64,000 nucleotides of DNA, from positions 24,552,001 through 24,616,000 of the forward strand of contig NC_045138.2 in NCBI RefSeq assembly GCF_008831285.2. Direction: 5' to 3'. This DNA is from Nymphaea colorata (lineage: Eukaryota). Both the position numbers and the translations under genes were made by a program. The notes under the pieces were generated by a model. That model did no database searches. It saw only the letters and a program-made list of their open reading frames with translations, and was not told the origin of the DNA. Shown here piece by piece: positions 28,746 through 41,486 of this stretch. Position 1 is the stretch's first letter, and every line of letters starts with the position of its first letter.

Positions 28746-28892
28746 ATGGAGAAGATGGCGAATGTGGGGGGCGGAAGAAGCAGGAACCACGGGTCGACCA
28801 CCTTCTTCGTGACGCTTGACTACCTCTTCATTATTGTCTTCATCTGCTTCCTCCTTTTTTTCCTCTCCAAGATGGTTGGGGTCGGATTCTGA
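28746..28892 (+). CDS. Putative 48-aa single-transmembrane microprotein MEKMANVGGGRSRNHGSTTFFVTLDYLFIIVFICFLLFFLSKMVGVGF
   Basis: ATG in favourable context (CCAATGG) after a CT/GA-rich 5'-UTR-like tract. GC-rich codons, one long hydrophobic helix, and a GTAAGG donor-like site at 28965 followed by T-rich intron-like sequence. Too short for the ORF track. Confidence 0.6.
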   Translation: MEKMANVGGGRSRNHGSTTFFVTLDYLFIIVFICFLLFFLSKMVGVGF

Positions 28893-31650
28893 TTCCGCCT
28901 CCCCTATCCTTACAACAATCGAGAATCTCTTCTTCATTCTCGCTGAATCACCTAACAGATCCATGTAAGGATCCAATGCTCTCTCTCTTTCTCTCGGTGG
29001 CTGACGTGCTTGTTAAATTTACAATGTAGATTTTTAGGATATGTATTTATTCATGTTAAGATCCTGAAATCCTAGTTTGATACGTTACGGTAGCCGTAGG
29101 CGGTGTTTATTCTACTTTTTCTTGTTCACGCTCTTTTGTGTGGATTTAGCTACATTGGTTTTTATTATGGTTAATTTTAATTTCTGAGTGGGGAATCTTC
29201 TGCGGTAGTCGCAGTATGGCGTTTACTCGTTTTTGTATTTTCTGTCACGCCACAGTAAATATACGGTTGGTTAACTACCGTAAGGATTTCCCTTGTATCT
29301 CCAGCCGTTATATCATGAAGAGATGAAATCTCCGTTTTCTATTTCAGAGATAGAGGACCCATTTAGTCACACGGCATGAGGCTTTTTCTTTTCTTTTCTT
29401 TTTTTTTTTATTAGCATCTCCTGCCGTTATTCTCGTGGAAGAGATTTATCAGTTCTTCAGGTTGCGTCTAAAGGAATTGGGCTGTTAGTTTGCCGCCATA
29501 GGTTTTCTCTGCATCTTGTGGGTTGCTCTCATGAAAACGGAGATCGAGCAGAATTTGAGTCAATGCATATGTGCCTATTTTTTTTTCTGATAGAAGTGCC
29601 CGTATGTATTTATTGTTATGCTGGGCACTTTGATTTCATCTTCCACCTAATAGTGTGATTTGAATTTTTTGATGAATGAATTGGTACCCTTTTCATGATT
29701 GGAGAGGTGTATAATAATTCATTTGTTTCTCCCCCATTTTAACACGAGGGCATGTCTTCCATGTGAACTTCGTAAGTCGTAATAGGTCCAAAATCCACAG
29801 CAAGTCAGCGAAGAAATGAATTTGGCCATGTTTTTCTTTGTTTTGGCTATTGTCAATTGTTTCAATAGTAGTGCCAAGTTATCCTTGGCTACTGTTGTGG
29901 TTGGTATTCTGCATCACATTTTGTGATTTTCGTCATACTGAGGCACAACAAGGAAGTGTTGTTATGATGTCATTTTTTCCTTTGTCTCGGTTCTTGCATC
30001 TGGCAACTGCCATCCCAGTTACAGGATGATATTATATGAATGGTGCACAGATCGCATGTTGAAGTTTTAGTTTTTTAGAAGTCTACGTGCAAGATGAATG
30101 CTTGTGGACAAGATCCAGATGCTTGAAAGAGGATTCTCTTTGTAGTGTCTCTAGACAATTTACTGTTTTTATGTGTCTATTACACAAAGATGCGTATTGA
30201 ATTGGGGCAACTTTAATCTCCTGGTAACATGTTGCAAGTACAGTTCCTAATTATCAGTTTTCAAGATGCACCTTTGCTGAGACTGTTTTGCGGGCTACTT
30301 TGAATTACAGTGTACAAAGTATTTATAAAAGACAAAACTGATATAGGGAATTATGGAAAGCAAGGTTTATAAAGTTAACAGTTACTATGAACATGTGAAA
30401 AATGCATAAAGCCATAAAACAACAACACCACTTTGAAAATGTCACGAGTTCCAAATTAATGGTTTGGAAATATCCTTTCCATGGTAAGGTTAGGTTTTTC
30501 TGAACAGATGTCCGAAAGAATCTTGATATATCCTTGATATCATCTGCTTCGATTTTTCTGCAGTTTTTTTATTTAAATATGTTTATCATTATTTGTATCA
30601 CTTTCACTTACACAATATACTTCTTGCAGCACGCTGACCCTTTCAAGTAATTGTCAGTCATCCTGCCAACTCCATCATTTCCATCATGAGTTTATTTATT
30701 CGTTCTTCTAGGACCTGTGAAACGATGGGTTAAGAAGATGGGATTTGTCTACATGATATTTAAACTTCTGTTGTACTTGTATGGGATATTGTCTTACAGA
30801 TATATCATGTCATTTTGAAGGTTCAACTTGGATTTTGATCTTATATCGGTAAAAATGTTCTAGTTGAATATTCTTCTTGCATTTGCTTGTTGGATTTTGT
30901 TCGATGAGTCTGCAACCTAGTCCTGGATGAGATCCATATACCAACCCTCAGATCCTGGGGTTCGTGTTTTTATACAAGGACTCTCATGAATTCATTTTCC
31001 TCATTGTCTTCCAAGTATCTGATCATGAAATTCAATTTGCTTTTACTTGCACATCAGTAGCTTATATCATTTAAATAAGGGATAGCTAACTTTTTGTAAT
31101 CCTTGATCCTATTATATAATAATACAAAATAAGGCAACTCAGGATTATGTTAAATGCTTCCAAATCATAATTTTGCAATTTGGTAATCCATGAGATCACA
31201 TACATGAAATCCCCTTCTACATTTTGCGAGAGGGCACATGATAAATAGATGGAAACTTCAGTCAGTTTGAACTGGAATAGGACATGTTTTCTTGGATCTT
31301 GTATTTGGTCTTATGGCTGCTTTAGTTTCTTCTTATTTCTTGAGTTTCTGGTGTCTATGTTTCTTTGATTTTTTTTCATTGTGCACTGTTTTTTATAATT
31401 ATTCTGAAGCGGACTAAAAATGTTTTCTCATCTTAAGCACATAATGGAAAGCGATGCCAAGCGCTTGGTCAACTAGGCTGATAGCTGAAACATTTAACTG
31501 GAAACCAAAACACAGAGCACTTACTCAACTAAGCCAATTACTAGTGCAACACATTAACGATGGCTCTTGGGGTGACAACACGACAGAGGCATTATTCCTA
31601 CTCCACTTAGTACGATTACCTGCCTGCTTCTGGAATGATTAGTTTGCCGA

Positions 31651-31992
31651 TCAAGGCCCATTGTTGCCTCCAGGAACTCCACCTCCAACAGCAGGAACTT
31701 CAAAGCCTGGATTAGGAACAAAAGTGTCATCATTTCCTGGAATATATCTAGGAGTCGGACGGCTGTCACCAACATCTCCAGGCCTTCCTGTGCCATGAGG
31801 GGTTGGCTTCACTGCTCTACCAATTCCAGGAATTAGGAAGCTCCTATCATCCACACAATCTGGTTCTTCCATTTTCAGGTTCTGTGCTTCTCTTTTTGGA
31901 ACTTCAGGGATGGCAGTTACAGTTGTCCTTTGTGCAGTTAGAGCGAAGGAGACGAGGAAGAGGGCATGCACAGAGAAACATTTGATAGCCAT
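31651..31992 (-). CDS. Small secreted 'putative cell wall protein' family member, single exon, 113 aa
   Basis: Hydrophobic signal peptide plus the family motifs FLIPGIGR and YIPGNDDTFVPNPGFEVP; TATATATAA about 70 bp upstream on the minus strand. Confidence 0.85.
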   Translation of the reverse strand: MAIKCFSVHALFLVSFALTAQRTTVTAIPEVPKREAQNLKMEEPDCVDDRSFLIPGIGRAVKPTPHGTGRPGDVGDSRPTPRYIPGNDDTFVPNPGFEVPAVGGGVPGGNNGP

Positions 31993-34900
31993 TCCTAGCA
32001 GTTAATATGGAAGAGATATTTGATTGTTTGGTCGCAGAGATCTCTGGGAGATTAGACATTATATATAGCTAGAATGTATCTAGAAACCCGGCGAATTAAG
32101 AGGTGGTGCAGTTGAGAGGACAGAGGAAGAGAAAGCTTATTGGCTTGGAGTAGAAGAGTATTGATAGTTCTCTTGAATGAGCACAAAGGTTTTGTTGGTT
32201 CAGCAGTTCCTTTTACTGGCTGGATGCTTATAAGCCATAAGCTGTGGCAAGCAAAAATAGTAACATATCCTAAAATTGTTTACTTGCATCAATGAGTTGC
32301 AATGAAAGATCTTCCATGTTTATCATTTCCAACTCTTAAAGCGGCTGCTTAATGCTTTATGTACTGTGCGTGTGTAAAAGTTTACATTGACAGGCTCTTT
32401 GAGCAGTTGCAGAAGATTAAAAGAAAATCTACAGTAGCTGTTTCCCAGTTAAATAATAATTCTTCTGCATCAATTATTTTGTCCTTGGCCAGTGTAAATA
32501 TAAGATTCACTTGTCTGGCAGAAGGAGAAAGTTTCTCTTTCTTTTCCTTTTCTTCTTTTAGATATAGCAGCTTTCCTGCCCCAAACTTGGAGCACTATAA
32601 TTGGAAACTCATTAAGATGGTTGGTGGAATTTGGTAGTTTCAGTCTCTGAACTCTTGTGCGAAAGACCTGTGGTTAAGTTGCTTTATCATATTTTGAGCT
32701 GCTGGTTCTTGCAGGAAGAAAGAAAAGATTCAAGAAGTACATTTACAGGGAACACGATAGTATTTAGGCGGTGGCCATTAATTTTCAGGTGGATAACTAA
32801 ACCAGCTTTGTGCGTGTTGTGAGCTTAGCGTCAGTATAGGAAGACCCGTTCGGGCTGATATTTTGAACGATCACACAGACAATGTTCTGCATTGACCAAT
32901 GTGCTTAAAATATATCATGGATCCCAGCGTCCAGAAAGAATTTATTGTGCATTGCTGTGATCATCAACTTGGATGAAATTGGACAGTGAATGTGGGAAAA
33001 ATATCCTTGCAAGGCGCAAGACCCAAAAACGCCACAACTCGTTTCCCAGATACTGGCTGGACTTATAGGTGCTGCTGGTCTTATTGGTGCCACTGGTGTT
33101 GTCCCGTATGGAAATTGAAAAGCGATGAATGCTAATCTTACGGTGATCCTCTGTCTCTTATCTTGTAGCTATCCTCTTTTGTCTCTGTCTTCCCAGTTGG
33201 TTGACAAGGCTTACCATGGCTTGGCAAGGCATGCCTAGTTCGCGTTAGTATGGTATTCATTGGGATGTTTAACTTGTTGGAATAGCGATATAAATCGATT
33301 GAGTTGAGCATGGAAGCTCGCTTTTTTATCAGACTATGAGTCGATCATTTGCCAAGGCAGATTCAATCCTACTCTGCGTTGTATTGAACTTGATAAGAAG
33401 AGACAACAAGCCCCCGTATTGGACGAAATGGGTGAAGTGGGAGAAAAAATCTCTTCTTAAATAACAATCAAACAGAGGCAGAGATGGAAATTTTCAGCCA
33501 AGGAGCATGCATTCAAAGGAATCTTAGATACAATAGAATGATTAAGAGGCGTTAGGCAAATAATTAAGGGGCAGACAGTATATTAATAAACCCGTTGTTG
33601 GAGACCAGCAACGTAAAAATAAATAAAATTTGTGGAGCTGTGCGGGCAACTGCCCACACATGGCCGTTTCTTTCTGAGTTGTGCCAGTTGGCTCACGTGA
33701 AGAGAAAGCTGGTTTTGATTTCCGAATCTGATGGGTCTATATCCACTTTAAAATTGAAACAAAAATAGGAAACTGTTCCCCACCTTTATCTTTCGGCCCA
33801 CATGAATAAGGTTTTTCTTCCCACGGAAAATTGCTTTCATGTGAAATTCACCCTCCCCCATGCACCACTCGATTGTGGGGTTGGATGGGTGAGGTAACAA
33901 TTGGCATTAAATTGAATCAGTAGGCAAACATAAAGGCACTACGTGGTATATATTTTCTTCTTCTGAAACGTTTTTATTTAAATTATTTTTCATTTTTTGT
34001 TTTAAAATATTTGTAATTATATTTACTATCGATTCATAACCTATTCAGTGAGTTGCAAAGGTCGGGAGAAAATGTATCGCAAAGTATATCCAACTTTAGC
34101 ATTATTATAAAGCATGTGAAAACATAGATTTCAAATTCGTGGTATGTCACAAATTTGCAAGTTAAGTTCACGACTCATATAAGCAGAGGAACCGAGGGCC
34201 TGTGAGCGCTGTTCGGCACCTTTCCAAGGTTCATGGCGCCCGATAAAAAATGGTCTAAGGTGCACTAGACTCTACCTTGCATCTCACATGCAGACCATGG
34301 ACACTATATGTTCCGGTCTGGCTAAAGAGTATGAAAAAGAGAAATCCTTAAAGCGGGTAGACTGGCCAACCGGCGGTTTGGTTACTAAGGAAATGATTGC
34401 CGGAGGTTGCCTATAAAAACCAAGTTAACTAGAAGTCACGATATTGAACATGAACTAAACAACTCACTGTCGGCACGCACGGATCCAAGATTGTTTTTGT
34501 CCTGGGCTCTTAAAGCGACCAGACGATCATTATGTGGTGTGCATTCGATATCACCAACTTTCTGTGATATTGCATACCAGCCCTAATTTCTTCAGAAGTT
34601 GGGACCTAATAAAGTTTATTCACCATAATTCATCATGCTACTGAAGAGTGCACGGATCTGGAGCTACGCAACTGCACAGATTTTGAGTGTATATTCAAGT
34701 TGCTTTCCTAAATTTTAGCCGCCTAGGACATATATATCTATATGTCACCTACGTGAATACAAACTTCAAAACTTGTGTTTGAATCAGTTTAATTATTTTT
34801 CATTTTGGTTGTGTAGCTGGAATTTTATAACGTATGAAAGAAAGTTTCGAAGCTTTCAAAAATAAAATATAAACTTAGGAGCTGAAGGAGGAGAAAGAAA

Positions 34901-35118
34901 AAAAGGAGAAAACTAAGAGACAGGATTAATAAATCAGACTGCCATGTTTGGACGAAAATAAGGCTAAGGGTTTTACACGGCCAATTCAAGCCAATATGGC
35001 CTATAGTAATAACATTAAGTTGCACCAATTTCAACCGTTGAATAGATAATATAATTATATGCCAAGTAAAAACATAGTTAAGGCCTGTCACCTCATGGCA
35101 TCAGGCAGCCGTTATTGG

Positions 35119-35119
35119 A

Positions 35120-35171
<52 letters not shown>
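35119..35171. repeat. (AT)n microsatellite
   Basis: Directly visible. Confidence 0.95.
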
Positions 35172-35183
<12 letters not shown>

Positions 35184-37689
35184 TCCTGTTGGCGTTCCAG
35201 TCAAATGGGTCGGGACATAAGCTGATGGTTTTGAACATGGGAAATTTAGTTATAAGGCAATCGGATTTGGTGCAACTGAAAAAGACAAATCCTCAGGGAG
35301 GTCATATACGAAGTGTTTATGTCTCTGCGCGAGATCCACTTTCTTCTAAGGGAACACTCTTTGACAGCCTTATTTTGAGCCATACCATAGATAGTATGTA
35401 TGAGAAGAGTAATGAAGAATATGAGTTCAAGGTTTAAATTCTTATTATATCTTGGAAAAGTTAGATTCATCAGCAGTTTCCGTCATAGAAAACAAGCAGC
35501 TGCAATAACTTGTTCACGGGGCCAGATTGAGTGGCGGAAAATTTTCCTTCACCGTTGCGGACAAAGAGTGCACAGATTCACTATGAACATGCTTTTCTTC
35601 GTCATGTTGGAGACATGGGTTAGGCATGTGTTTCTAGAAGACAGATGATGATGTTGAAGATGATGATGATGATATTAGGATATGGAATTGGAGAAGTGGG
35701 TAGAGGCCAAAGTTGATGTGATCAGGTCAGTCTTCCAAATGTAACATGATAGCGACCATGAGATTATCTCACTACGTCATAATCAAATTCAGCCCAACTC
35801 AGCATTATCTTATTAAAAAGGCAAATAGAATATACTCATGTGGGTCATCTTCGTTGATAAAGTTATGAAACCAACTCCATACTATAAGCATCGGTGGCAC
35901 CATCACCACATGGTCATCCGAATTAAGAAGAGCATAAAAAGGAAGGGGAAGAGAAAGAAATGCACCAACCATGTAAACCAGACGAGTTGAGATGAAATAA
36001 CAGATGATATAAGGGATGACAGAAGGCATCGGCAAGGGCAACGGAACATTGGCATCTTCACCTAATGAATATGACCAGGACAGGGATGTCAAAAGGGTCG
36101 TGTAGAAGCATCTCGATCAAATTGGGGATGAGGATGACCGTGCTTTTCATGGTCTTTTGGCAGCTACTCCTGATTTAGGCGTTGGTTATTTTAAAGTCCT
36201 GGAAAGCTGTGTTGTGGTCTATCATCTCCAAGGAAAGCATATATTAAAAGTCCTTTATTTTTTTTCAATAATTAAGGGTTTGATTCCTTTTGATGGAGAA
36301 GTTGGCCCCATGGTCAAGAACGACATAGAAAAAGTGGGAGTCGCTCCTTATCGTCGAAGTCCTGTATTGGCGTTATGTTGCAATTATATTAGCTTAAAAA
36401 ATGCAAATTTTGCTCTTATATGTCACTACTTTTTAGAGTTTTTTTAAATATATTTCTTGAACTATAGTCGTGCCGCTAGAATTTAAGCTGTCCGATTGTA
36501 GATCCGCTGTATCCTCTATCTTTTACAGTCTCAAGTGTTTCTTCTCTGTCTTTAATGGCTGTGTAAGTGTAACCAAAATGGTCCTCTGCTTCCATAACGT
36601 CTGCGCGAGTACTCAGTTTCACTTCGAAGGAATATTTTTTTTTTCCATCTTTCATTGTCCTTGCCAAGGTCAATATAGATGTGATACTTAAAGAAGGAGA
36701 AAGGAGGATGCGTCATATTCTGTATTAAACAGTGATGTAGCTAATAATGAATTCTTTTCTTTTCAATTTAATTAAACGCGGAAACCACTGCCCGAATCCA
36801 CAAACAATCTAACTAATCAAGACAAGACGATTGTAACGGAAGATAATGGAAGATCACAAATTCCAGAATGGCCTGAGATGCCTCTCTACAAGCACATGGC
36901 CATAAGATCACGAGAAATATGACAGATCTTGCATGTTTTGCCAAAAGGAGAAGTGGGCAAGCCCAACGATTAAAAGCAAACTGAAACTCATCTCAATTTA
37001 ATTTCACCAAAAGGTTCAGTCCTACGGATAAAAAGACAAGCTTCCCTTATTAATCTTTCTGTGCTTACCACGATGAGCTTGTCGTTGTCGTCATTCTATA
37101 GAACGAAGAAAAAGATATTGCAGAGGATAACAGTAAAAACAACAACGAAAACGAAAGGGAGAAATGATCAAGCGACAAAGACTATATGCCTACTACAAAA
37201 TATAGAGAAGGAAAAGATAAACAATCCATTAGTTTCTATTTTCATAAACTATTCATGCAAGAAAACTTTGGTAATATCAGATCGGAGAAGTGTGTTTACC
37301 AAATGACAAGCGGTAATAAATTGGCAATTGTATAGTAATCTAAACAAATTTAACAGGCAACATCTCTTCTTCTTTCTCCCGTTGTATAGTATTTTCTTTC
37401 TTTCCCCCACCTCCTCTTTTTTTTTCTGCTGCTTTCTATTGGTTTCCTGGATCTCGACTCATACTCTGACACCAGAATCTCTGCAATCTAGTCAGACTAA
37501 ATTTACAAGCATAAATTCTTAGTATATCTATACCTCCTTCAATCTTCTGGACACGTGTCAAGCTATTTTTGGTTGTAGCTGGTTTCGTTTTTTGGCACAC
37601 TTTCGCCTTCTTATGCACCTGGCTTGAGGAATCCCAAACAGATTGAGCAATTTCTACCATAAGCCAAGATATTCCCGAAACTTAAGTGA

Positions 37690-39037
37690 TCAGGAATTCC
37701 AATTCATCCCGGGAAGATGGTACTGTTGCCTGAAAACACCATCGCCGAGAGACCCCACAAGGCCGTGGTGGTGCTGCAAAGGAGCAGCTGCGACGTTGGG
37801 TAGCTGGCTAAGCAACGCAGCAATCGAGTTTCCCCCTCCGTTGCTGCTTGAATTGGTGTCGTAGATCTTTTTTGTGGGGGGCAGCCCTTCGTTCCAATAT
37901 GGGGAGGGAAGCGTCCTCTTCGATGGTAGGCTAAACATCGACCCGATGGTAACTCCAGCGGCTTCAGCCGGTACCATCGAAATCTCCGTCTTGTCAACAC
38001 CGTTCTGCGGCATGCTGGACGACGGAGCCAATTGCGACAAAGAGCTGTTTGCGTTCGTGCCATCATCAGACAAGAATCCATCAAAGAAATTGTCTTCACC
38101 TTCGAGCAGTGCTGCAAAACCGGCAGTAGCCTTCTGAGATTGGAGCTTAATGGAGTTATGGCCGTCCATGTTAGGCAAGGACGTCAACACATCGTCCAGC
38201 GAGTCGTCTCTATCACGAACGATGAGCCTTTGAGGCTGATTGTTCTTCTTATATATTCGGCACAGAACCCAATCATCAAGCTAAAATTCAAAAAATTTAA
38301 GAACCATCGTCAAAGATTATAATCTAAATATCTAGACAGAACTTTTTATTTGTTTCAGTCAACCAGGGGGAGAGGAGGGGGTATGAGTGATGAGCGTTTA
38401 CCCTCAAAGAAGCCTTCTTGTTCCCTACATCCGAATTGGGCTTCGAGTGCCCGCTGTCAACAAGCCTGTACTCATGCATAATCCAGTTGGTCTTCACTCC
38501 CTTCGGCGGCCGGCCGCCATAGAACACGAGAGCCTTCTTCACGCCGACCTTCTGCATCCCGCCGGACGTCAGTATCGGCTTGTCGGTGCCGGTGGCCTTC
38601 CAGTACCCGGACGTTGCCGCCCTGTTCGGCCGCGCCCCGTTGGGGTACTTTCGGTCCCTGGGGCTGAAGAAGTACCACTCGTTTTCTCCAAACATGGCCT
38701 TCCCTGCACCATCGATCATCAGCACCCCAATTCAACAGAGAGATAAACATAGAGGGAAGCTGAACGTACCAGGGAGCTCCCAAGGGTCAAACTTGTAGAG
38801 GTCGACCTCCGCGATGATGGAAACAGGGAGAGGAGCAGAGGAGGCCTTCCTCTTGAGGTAGTGGACGACGAGCTCCTCATCCGTCGGGTGAAACCGGAAG
38901 CCGGGAGGAAGCTGCGGCTGCTGGGGCGGCACCGGCTGCTGCTGCTGCTGCTGCTGCTGCGGCGCCTCCTTGGAGGATGAAGGAGGAGGATGACGCTGAT
39001 GATGAGGAGGCCCCGAGGAAGAGTCCGTGCTTTCCAT
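37690..39037 (-). CDS. NAC transcription factor, NAC056/NARS1/NAC-NOR type. Exons 39037-38770, 38703-38402, 38280-37690
   Basis: [10 protein letters not shown]-terminus, [76 protein letters not shown], and C-terminal [19 protein letters not shown]. Canonical 3-exon NAC structure. Confidence 0.95.
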
Positions 39038-39269
39038 GATAGCTCTTCTCCCACAACCTCATGCAGCAGAAGAGAAGAGAGAGAAAAAACTGTGTGCGCG
39101 AGAGAGAGGCGGTGTGGAGATTGGAGGGGGGAAGGAGAGCCGGGGTAGGGGAAACGTCTCCGTCTTATAGATGGGATTAATTGATTAAGCGTTTGGTTCA
39201 AATGGCCTAATCAGCCGGCAATTAGTGTCAGCCACAGCCACCTGTCAAAGTTCTGTTCGTCAATCTGCT

Positions 39270-39279
39270 GACACGTGTC
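39270..39279. promoter_or_regulatory. G-box/ABRE-like palindrome GACACGTGTC in the NAC promoter
   Basis: About 100 bp upstream of a TATAAG-like element (near 39165, minus strand) and about 235 bp upstream of the ATG. Confidence 0.5.
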
Positions 39280-40820
39280 GACTTCGGAAGGATGGGGAGG
39301 GCGACTAGCGGAACGGCCGTAGCCGCTTTTGATGTCATGCTTTCCTTATGCCACAGCCAACCACGGTTTCAATTTAATTATATATATATACATATGTTTA
39401 TTGCATATAATACTAATACTTTTATTTATTATAGAGGTCGATCATGTGGCCACGATAACGTGAGGAATGAATAAAATTAGGTACAGAAAGCTGTTCAAAT
39501 TGGGAAGGCTTTGAAGCATGATTCATGGTGGAACAGCGGGGATCTGTTTTTTTTTTTTTCTTGGCATGAGAACAAAGTTCAAAGTGATTATTCTTTAAAA
39601 TATTACAATTGAAAAGTTGAAGAACAAAGCTTGGATTAAGGTTATGGGTACAAGGTGATTGTAATATTTTTTTTAAAATTATTTAATCACGGTCGATCGA
39701 AAAACTGATTATACAACAAGTACGTGATACAAACATTATTGAACTTGTTCGGTATGGCGGCTTATGAGGAGCAACTTCTTCCCAAGGCGAGAAATAAATT
39801 AAGCTAGCAAGCAATTAATGAACTTTAATTCTTTACATATCAGAAAATGCTGATACTGAGGAAATTTGTCGCCAGCGAAAATATGAGAAGAATGAGCATT
39901 ATTGGTTTTCCTGGATTAGCAACTTTTTTTTTTTTTTTTCAGTTTAGATTTATCCCAATGGTGGAGACATGAATTTTTTGATACAGAGGCTGAACTATAG
40001 TTTCAAAATTTTAACAATATAATTTTTTTTATCTAAATTAAACTATTTTTTTTTAAATTTTACATGTAAAATTTTAAATTTTTAAAAATCTGAGAGGGGC
40101 TGGATGTTGCTAAGTAGATAAAAAATTAAAATTTGTTGCTGAAAGAAGTAAAAAATATCCTTAAAAGTACCACGAACCATTGTTGCACCATAAATCATCA
40201 TGGATGCTCATCTAACTATTATTTTTTAACAATATATTTCTGATTTTCAGCCATTCGGCATATGATATCAATAATCTTCATTCTTAACCCATATAAATAC
40301 ACACAAGTGAAATTTGAGTGTAGCTAGTCTGCAGCTGGTCTTCCATGTGTATACTTTAACTTACTAATGCTGGGTTTCATACAGCTTACGCAAACTTGCA
40401 CCTCAATTAGCAGTCTCGCGTACAACAAGAGGAAATGCAAAAACGGCTTGGGACTTACACCCTTTTTCTTAAAGTTTTCTTCATTTTGTTCAAATGGCAA
40501 GCTCGAGCATGCTTCCAGCTTTAATATTTGCTTGACTCATTTCTAAAGCTGTGCTGCTTTAGAAAAAAAAAAAGAAAAGGAATTAATGAGAAAAAGATGG
40601 ATTCGTTGCAGCCGAACTGACCACTCTTCTTGGACAGGGCAGAAAGCAGATACGGGCAAGGTAGGGCCGAGGAAGGGCCAACAGGGAAGCAAGTGGAGGC
40701 CAGCCCAACCCACTTGTTCCCGTCCATGACCCGCTCCCTTCCCCGTAATCCTTGACCATTATCACAAGAGCCATCAAAGTCTAATTACTCATTTAGGCCC
40801 ACACAACCTGCCAGTTATTG

Positions 40821-40822
<2 letters not shown>

Positions 40823-40911
<89 letters not shown>
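40823..40911. repeat. Compound (AT)n(AG)n microsatellite
   Basis: Directly visible. Confidence 0.95.
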
Positions 40912-40916
<5 letters not shown>

Positions 40917-41451
40917 TTGCTATTTGGAAATACGAAGTTTCAGGGAAATTGTGGTGACAAGATGGAGCAAGTTTCAAAGCTTTTGGACCAAGCCATGGAA
41001 ATCTAGATTGGATTATCCAGATTAGTCTGAAACCCAATTCATCATTCTTCTTATCTTCAGCTATAGAATCCAACCATTTGTATGCTGAATCGAGATCCAA
41101 AATCCATCGGCCACATCAGAACCGACATTTGAACCTGGAATTTGATGAAGCACGGCTTATTTGATTTGTGCATTCCCAAGGCCAACCATATTAGGAATTT
41201 TACCCTTTTTGCCTTTTAATTGACAAATTTAGGGTTAGGGAGAGGTAATTTGCACTTACTAGAACCACCAAAGACATAGAACAACCTTCACTTACTTCAC
41301 CTTAATTAAAGGTCTTAATGTGTCCACACATTAGCCAGGTCGATCAAGCCCTTGCCCTGGTTGGCACCAACTACTAAGTTTTCCAAAATATGTATGGACT
41401 CATACATATGAAGAGTACTATAGATTGATTGATCAACTTGTTCAATTGTTG

Positions 41452-41486
<35 letters not shown>

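Noticed and set aside
28426..28976. Minus-strand ORFs of 150 aa and 106 aa
   Set aside because: Better explained as the antisense shadow of the + strand hydrophobic microprotein and the CT/GA repeats.
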